Assembly (NCBI RefSeq): GCF_006345805.1
Contig: NC_043003.1
Span: 110,050,001-110,114,000 of the forward strand
Source of the DNA: Octopus sinensis
Taxonomy: Eukaryota
Length of the DNA: 64,000 nt
Direction: 5' to 3'
The notes below the pieces were generated by a model that searched no databases, was not told the origin of the DNA, and was given only the letters and a program-made list of their open reading frames with translations. The position numbers and the translations under genes were made by a program. Numbering within the stretch: the first letter of the stretch is position 1; the number at the start of each line of letters is the position of its first letter. Shown here one piece after another: positions 57,040-64,000 of this stretch.

Positions 57040-57600
57040 AATGTTGGTACTTTATTCATTCTTTGCTGCACTGAGGTGTTCTGTGAACATTGATAGAAAG
57101 GGGAAAATTAGAAATTAAGATTAAGATTCTTAGCACACCTATCTATGTGTACACTAACCTGTCTTTGTATTATGGGTGGCGGATTTGTTATTTCTGAAGA
57201 GTGGTTCTTTGGCGGATGACATTCCTGTTTGGCCAATATATTGATTACCGCACCCTAAGCAGGTAATGCCACAGATAAATTTTTCCGACGCACAGGTGAA
57301 ATTTGATTTAAACTTAAATATTTCACTTTGTTTTAAATGGGACTCTGTACTCTTCAAAAAGGTGGGGGCATGTGCTACAGTTAGGCCGATTACATTTTTT
57401 CACTTTAGGTTCCGTTATCAATAGTCAAAGTCTTGCGTCGGTCAATATTTTTTCAATGATTTCGCTTGCAATTTGCTCTTGATAATTTTTGTGAGCCTAA
57501 ATTTTGTTAATTGTTTTATGTCCTCGGAGAATGGATAGATTTGGGATGATAATGTCGAAGGCTTCGTTGTTTCTTGGGTTATGTGTGGAGATGTATGGGA
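57040..57600 (-). pseudogene. Penelope-like linker plus GIY-YIG fragment (same family as 22500)
   Basis: PYISTHNPRN...KCNRPNCSTCP...FKFKSNFTCASEKFICGITCLGCGNQYIGQTG. Confidence 0.85.
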
Positions 57601-58519
57601 GATGCATGTATTTCTATTATATATATATGTGTGTGTGTGTGTGTATAAGGTAATACATTCATGCGCATATTAATAGACTCAATAGATTTAGCAGTTCATA
57701 TTTAGGAGAGAACCACGCAATTTCTTTAAGGGTTAGTAAAATGTTATGATGTGTAGATGAAAGGTGTGTTGCGCCATTGTTTTCGGTGGTAGAACTAATT
57801 TTCTGATTACCATCAGATGCTTCTGAATGAGACGGCAGTTTGGGAAAAAGTAGAACTTGCTTTCTGAATTGCATGAACATTTATATCGATTCTAATGTGT
57901 TTTATGCTTTATAGTTTGTAGCGGTTCTGAGCTTCACAAACATCGTGGTTTTATTCTTGCACTCATAAAGTTTGCTTCTTCGAAGAATCGTACATTTCAT
58001 GTTGAGGTTAGTAACATATTCTTTCAATTTCCAAATACAATATCACAAATATGGAAAATTTATGAACACTAATCTGTAATGGAAGTTGTTTAATTTGTGA
58101 AATTATATGCGTCGAGCAATATATTGAGGAATTGAAATTAAACCTAGACTATAAGATAAATAATCTATACTACAAGATGAGTAAATAAACCTAAACTCTA
58201 AAGAATTTTTTATTGACGTAAAGTATGTAGCACTTGAAAGCAATAATTCTTAAATCAATATGTAGAGGGCAGAGACAAGTACATAAAATATAGAAATGAG
58301 ACGAAGAAAAGCGAAAAGATATCGAATAAAATGTGATGGGTGTAAGCAGATTGGTGAAAAAGTTCAAGTACAGAAAATGATAGGTTATCATCGATAACAC
58401 GGAATAAGTTAAACAAAATGTTAATTCTTAAAGTATATTTATGAGAAGATTGAATAAACCCATAGTATATCAAAGAAGGACTTTGCATGACAGGAAAATA
58501 AAAGAATACACACAGCATA

Positions 58520-59050
58520 CACACGGATAATCGGGCTAGTTCTCCATGGGCTGCAGACTGTGGGCCAGAAATTTAGGAAAATTCTGAAGGAGACAAAATT
58601 CAAATATTGAAATCGTTGAATAGCCAGGGAACGCTATCAGATCACAGTTATGTACGACGTACCCCTTTTAGGATACCCCATGGATCAATGAAAATTGCAT
58701 GGTATGTAAGAGTAACCCTGGCATTAACTGTAGAACTAGATATGTAGTTTAATGCATAAAGTGCATAGAGGGTGCTTGTAAAGACAAGAACATGGTAGAC
58801 ATTGGGGAGACATCTAGGAGCATTGCGGAGAGGGTAAATGAACACTTGAGACAATATGACGACAAAAAAAAATAGTTCTCCATACTCTACCAATATGCTC
58901 AAGACCAACTTGGAGGAACATGGGGTCGACATAACATTTGCATTTTATCTAATCACTTGACATACGCATTTTATCCAAGCCACATACTGGTAAATACTGG
59001 AGTACATCCTCCAAAATGAAACATCCCCTGTACTAAATAAGAGATAAACA
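58520..59050 (+). pseudogene. Penelope-like GIY-YIG fragment (another family)
   Basis: NCRTRYVV*CIKCIEGACKDKNMVDIGETSRSIAERVNEHL...PVLNK. Confidence 0.75.
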
Positions 59051-59447
59051 TAGAAGGTAGTCATGTTCCAATACCCACAGTGTGTACATACAAAAGTAGA
59101 TTTGTTAGACAGGCACACGGGTAATACATTTGTAATACAGACAGACAGACAAACACACACACGTAGATACACAACAGGAGACGGAAACACACGACCATAT
59201 ACACGCACGTACACTCCACACACACGCAAGGACGCATGTGGAGACACGCATCTACACATAACAGTTGCGTGTACATAGTCACCCAAACATGCGCACACAA
59301 GGAGACAGAAATACACACATAAATGCGCATACACACATATAAACACGCAATCATACACAAACACATGAATATGAAGAATACCTACATACAAATATACGCA
59401 TACACACTTACATACACAGACACACACATATATATATATGCATACAC

Positions 59448-59670
59448 CTTTCTTTACTACCCACAAAGGGCTAAACATAGAGGGGGCAAACAAAGACAGA
59501 CAAAGGGATTAAGTCGATTACATAGACCCCAGTGCGAAACTGGTACTTTATTTATCGACCCAGAAAGGATGAAAGGCAAAGTCGACCTCGACGGAATTTG
59601 AACTTAGAACGTAACGACAGACGAAATACGGCTACGCATTTCGCCCGGTGTGCTAACGTTTCTGCCAGTT
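59448..59670 (-). mobile_element. SINE family B copy
   Basis: Matches 49731-49963. Confidence 0.88.
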
Positions 59671-60367
59671 ACATACACACATACATCATATAAACATACA
59701 TACATACATATGTGTATACAAATACACAATGACGCGTACACATGCGCACAAACGAACAAACATAGAGAAAGGACGCAGCGTCGATGGCGGGCAGAGTGAA
59801 CAACTTTCGCAGAGATTGCAAGAATCGGAGATAATTTTAGAATAAAATAATGAGTGGAAAGTGAACCGATGATTGTGTTAATACGGTATTAAAAGATAAT
59901 AACTTTCCACAGACATAACAAAATATGCTTTAACACACGAATCCCCATAAAGAATCTTGGAAACCAAATACTAAAACGAAATATATATATTACATATATA
60001 TTTAATCGTGTGAAATGCCTAGGCAATTACATACTCGTATATACGCCAACAAAATCGTACACATGCACACGCAAAGACACACACACTCGTACATATATAT
60101 GTATCCATATACATACACGCTTGCATACACAGATACACAGATATACACACATGTATACACAATTTGTGTGCATTGTGGTTGTCATGCACCAGCATTAAAA
60201 ACATGAGAGAGATTCTGGTCATGTAGTCGGTAAAACACGAAGGTATGAGTTTATGTTTTGGATTCCTCTAAGTTCTTTGGTTTATATGTACAATCTTATA
60301 CACTCCCATATGTGTATATGAGTGTGTAGAGATCAGTATATATATATATATATTTATAGATATATAT

Positions 60368-60554
60368 ACTCATGCATAAATTCATATGTACCCACATACA
60401 CGCCATATATATATATATATTATATATATAGATATAGATATACATATACCCTGCATTAATTCGATGTACACATACACCGCCATATATATATTATATATAT
60501 ATATAGATATAGATATATATTACCCATGCATAAATTCATATGTACACATCACCG

Positions 60555-60593
<39 letters not shown>

Positions 60594-60665
60594 AGATATA
60601 GATATACATATACCCATGACATAAATTCATATGACAATACACACCGCCATATGTACACATACACC

Positions 60666-60670
<5 letters not shown>
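60368..60670. repeat. Minisatellite of cccatgcataaattcatatgtacacatacaccgcc units separated by variable TA spacers
   Basis: Four to five copies visible. Confidence 0.8.
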
Positions 60671-60707
<37 letters not shown>

Positions 60708-60907
60708 TATATATACATACATAAGCGAGAGAGAGAGAGAGATGGGCAATCATCACAAGCATGTATTAAAAAGTCCTCCTTTCTTTGTAAAGAAAGAGAC
60801 TTGTCCATAAAAATCAAAATCATTTGTCACGGATGAATGATGAAGAATATACAGAAGACGTGTAGTATAGAAAGTGTGGAGTTTTTAGATATATAGGCTG
60901 AGATAAG

Positions 60908-60908
<1 letters not shown>

Positions 60909-61006
<98 letters not shown>

Positions 61007-61019
61007 CAGATAGATAGAT
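60909..61019. repeat. (TAGA)n microsatellite
   Basis: Directly visible. Confidence 0.95.
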
Positions 61020-62999
61020 GGTGAGAGAGAGTAAGTAAGAAAGAAAGAAAAACGAAAGGAAGGAAGGAAGAAAGAAAGAGGGGTGAAGTGAGTGGGTATG
61101 GGATAGATGAAAGACTATGCGAGGAAAATGTGCAACGTTAATATAAGCGATACTCTATACAATGGAAAATTATCGCCACCTTTTGCAAGAAAAGACCTGT
61201 GTTTCGATTGTTAAGATTTATTTGTATATGGAAAATAGACGCATAAGCGAAGAACATGTTTATATGAAAGGGTACACAATCATCTACATACATATACACA
61301 CACGCACACAGACACACACACGCACACGCACTCAGAAACTTACATACGCACACACGCACTAACAAGCACACTCCTATATACACGACACTAAATATATACT
61401 CGACTATGAATATATACGCTATACATAACACGTAAACACATTTTACACGCCTACACCCTATATACTGTATATATTGTAAAACTGTATTCTATATCTATAC
61501 ACATGCCAATGCAGAAACAATGCATAACTGAATCTGCACCCATATATATTCATACACACAAGTGTGAATACATATACATACACACATTCGCATGTGTGTG
61601 CTCGTGTGCATGTGTATATACCAATGTTTGTATTTATGTACCGTTCCTTGTAACTGGCACTTGTATTGAGAGCGTTATGTTATATTTCGTTTGCATCATA
61701 ATGCTATGATGTGTGAGGTGTATGTGTTTTGTGTATGTGTGAATACATATATTATACATATACATACATGTATATATTTATATATACATATGTATGTACA
61801 TTGATATATCTATGCGTGAATATATGTATGTATGCGCATATATAACGCTTTTTCTTATTTTATATACTGTTCCGGAAATTAAACGTAGGAAAGTAAAGAG
61901 GTTGTACAGTTGTTTGTGAATCAGACTTTGGAAACACATTTCCAGAACGTAATGGCTGATAGCACTGTTTATGTTGTTAATTTTATTTTTTGTTTAGTGC
62001 GGACATATGTGTGCAGTAATAAAGCATATACTTTTACTTATTTTGCCCTTGAACTATTGAATTGAATATATTCTACCTGTCGCTTAGTGACATCATCGAA
62101 AAGTGAACATTTCTGCAACAGAATCAATATAAAATTGGTATATTGATGTATTGTCACCAAATTCTGGTAAAATTGCGAAAATATTTTCTATAGAAATAGT
62201 TTTATTACGCTATATAATTTACTTGGAAATGTTTTCTGTAGAAACATTCGAATAATTCTTATTTCCGTCCTGTTGCTCTTGGCATATAATATATGCTCTA
62301 AACGACATGCGTTCATAGATCCTATGTAATGTCTATACCGTCATACTATTCATAAACCTATTTTAGTGTTTTGCCTTTTGGGATTTATATTTACTTATTG
62401 CTGAATTTATAAGAATTTAGGGACAAGGCCAGCAGTTTTGAAGGGAAATGATTAGTATATCTCAACGTATCTTAAATATTTTTACCTATGGACCACTTCG
62501 GTTCCTATTTTACTCGGGTGGACTCTTCTAGCCATGTGATGTTAAAAAACCCTATTCTGTTTTTTATAATTCAATATTATTACCCAGAGCGGGAGTTAAT
62601 ATAGTTCCATCTGCCATTCCATCTTAATATTGAGGATAGATGACGAATTATTTTCCATTATCTTTTTGCAGGTGTAGAGAGCTACTTCTCCTTTTCTAGC
62701 GAATAGCGGAATCTCTGTCGTCCCTGCTGTGCTAAACTGTCATATTTTCATACTTCTAACGTTAGATATATATGTTATAAATAATGACTGACGGAATAAG
62801 TATGTAGCGCTATGGAAGGTGACACCGGTTCATAACATCTTGAGCCTAGAGACATATCAGAATCCCACCCCTCTTGAATCCTAGTTGATTCTTTGGGTCG
62901 ACTAACAACTCGAATTATTCTCAACGAAACGGAAAATTTATAAGAAACCCCATCTTAATAGGAATAAAAACAATAAAGACATACGTAATATTAATTTCA

Positions 63000-63125
63000 T
63001 ACTTTGGCACAAGGCCAGCACGTTCGGGAAGGGGCTAAATCGATCACATCGACCTCAGAGTTCTACTGGTACTTGCTTTTGCAGCCCCGAAGGGATAAAA
63101 GGCAAAGTCGACAAGGCGGTATTTA
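63000..63125 (-). mobile_element. SINE family B tail fragment
   Basis: ctttggcacaaggccag...atcgacctcag...ctggtactt...aaaggcaaagtcgac. Confidence 0.7.
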
Positions 63126-63867
63126 ACAACATAGGTAATATTAACTGTAAAAACGATAATTCTGTCAACTCTAAGATGAATAATGGTAATAATGTAACTA
63201 GTAACAGCAGTAGTAACACTGAATACTATAGATTTCTATGAAAAGTTTTCATAGAAATCTACAAAAGGTTTCCCTCTATGTACAATATAGATAAGTGTCT
63301 AGCAACATCGTTTACAAATGCGAGGTTGATCTAATCTAAATTCGTTTAGATTGGTGCTTTGTGCAGCAAAACTGGATCCTTGCTTTTACCAAACGTCTAG
63401 ATCCGAACGTACGGCTGGCAGCACATCTCTTTGTAAGAAAATTTGTGCTTTATAGAGGGACATGATGGAATACTCAATTGAATGTCAGATCGTTCGACAG
63501 GCAGCTTCGGTTCGAAGAATAAATGCTCCTTATATATTGTCGAAATTACGGCAATCATGGGTTGTATAGAGAGCGTCATAAATATATTTGATGCAATGAT
63601 TATGAGGCGTAATCATATATTACGTCACACTTGTCTCAGCTACAAAACTTGAGTCATATTTAGACATTAATTTTACTTATCAATGCCTAACTACGATGCC
63701 TATCTTTCGTTCGCCTTAAGAACGTACATATACGTGTGTGTTCTTGTTTATTATCAGCTATTTTACTTAGTCATATATATCGCCATACGATTGAACCATT
63801 TTTTTACCTTTTACTACAACGTGGTGGATAAAACTTGTCTTTAGATTTTAATATTCGTTCTCCTCTA

Positions 63868-64000
63868 AGGTGGCGATCTGGCAGAAACGTTAGCACGCCG
63901 CGCGAAATGCGTAGCCGTATTTCGCCTGCCGTTACGTTCTGAGTTCAAATTCCGCCTTTTATCCTTTCGAGGTCATTAAATTAAGTACCTATTTCTTTAC
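63868..64000 (+). mobile_element. SINE family B copy running off the window end
   Basis: ggtggcgatctggcagaaacgttagcacgccg...gttctgagttcaaattccgcc. Confidence 0.85.

Noticed and set aside
57659-57880. 73-aa minus-strand ORF (and the similar 63397-63579 ORF)
   Set aside because: Short, no recognisable motifs or splice context; consistent with chance.
62655-62765. Possible exon after a tttttgcag acceptor
   Set aside because: No recognisable peptide, weak donor and no partner exons.

Overview
AT-rich, microsatellite-saturated animal DNA. The SINE and repeat repertoire looks like an octopus (coleoid cephalopod) genome; this is inferred from remembered repeat families, not searched. I can support no intact host protein-coding gene, and most ORF-track entries are translated (TA)n, (CA)n or (TAGA)n runs. 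The window is mostly decayed mobile DNA: three mariner relics, a near-full-length Tc1-like element with both TIRs, a maT-like fragment, a non-autonomous Helitron, two R4/Dong-like LINE fragments, six Penelope-like (PLE) RT or GIY-YIG fragments, a gypsy gag-like relic and many tRNA-derived SINEs. The most notable hidden layer is about 12 type I hammerhead-ribozyme (HHR) or HHR-like motifs from at least four sequence families. They sit in short non-coding modules embedded in TA microsatellites and occur as inverted pairs, a tandem (retrozyme-like) repeat, or dispersed copies. Several long foldbacks that could form dsRNA and three perfect short palindromes are also present. All motif and translation calls were made by eye.
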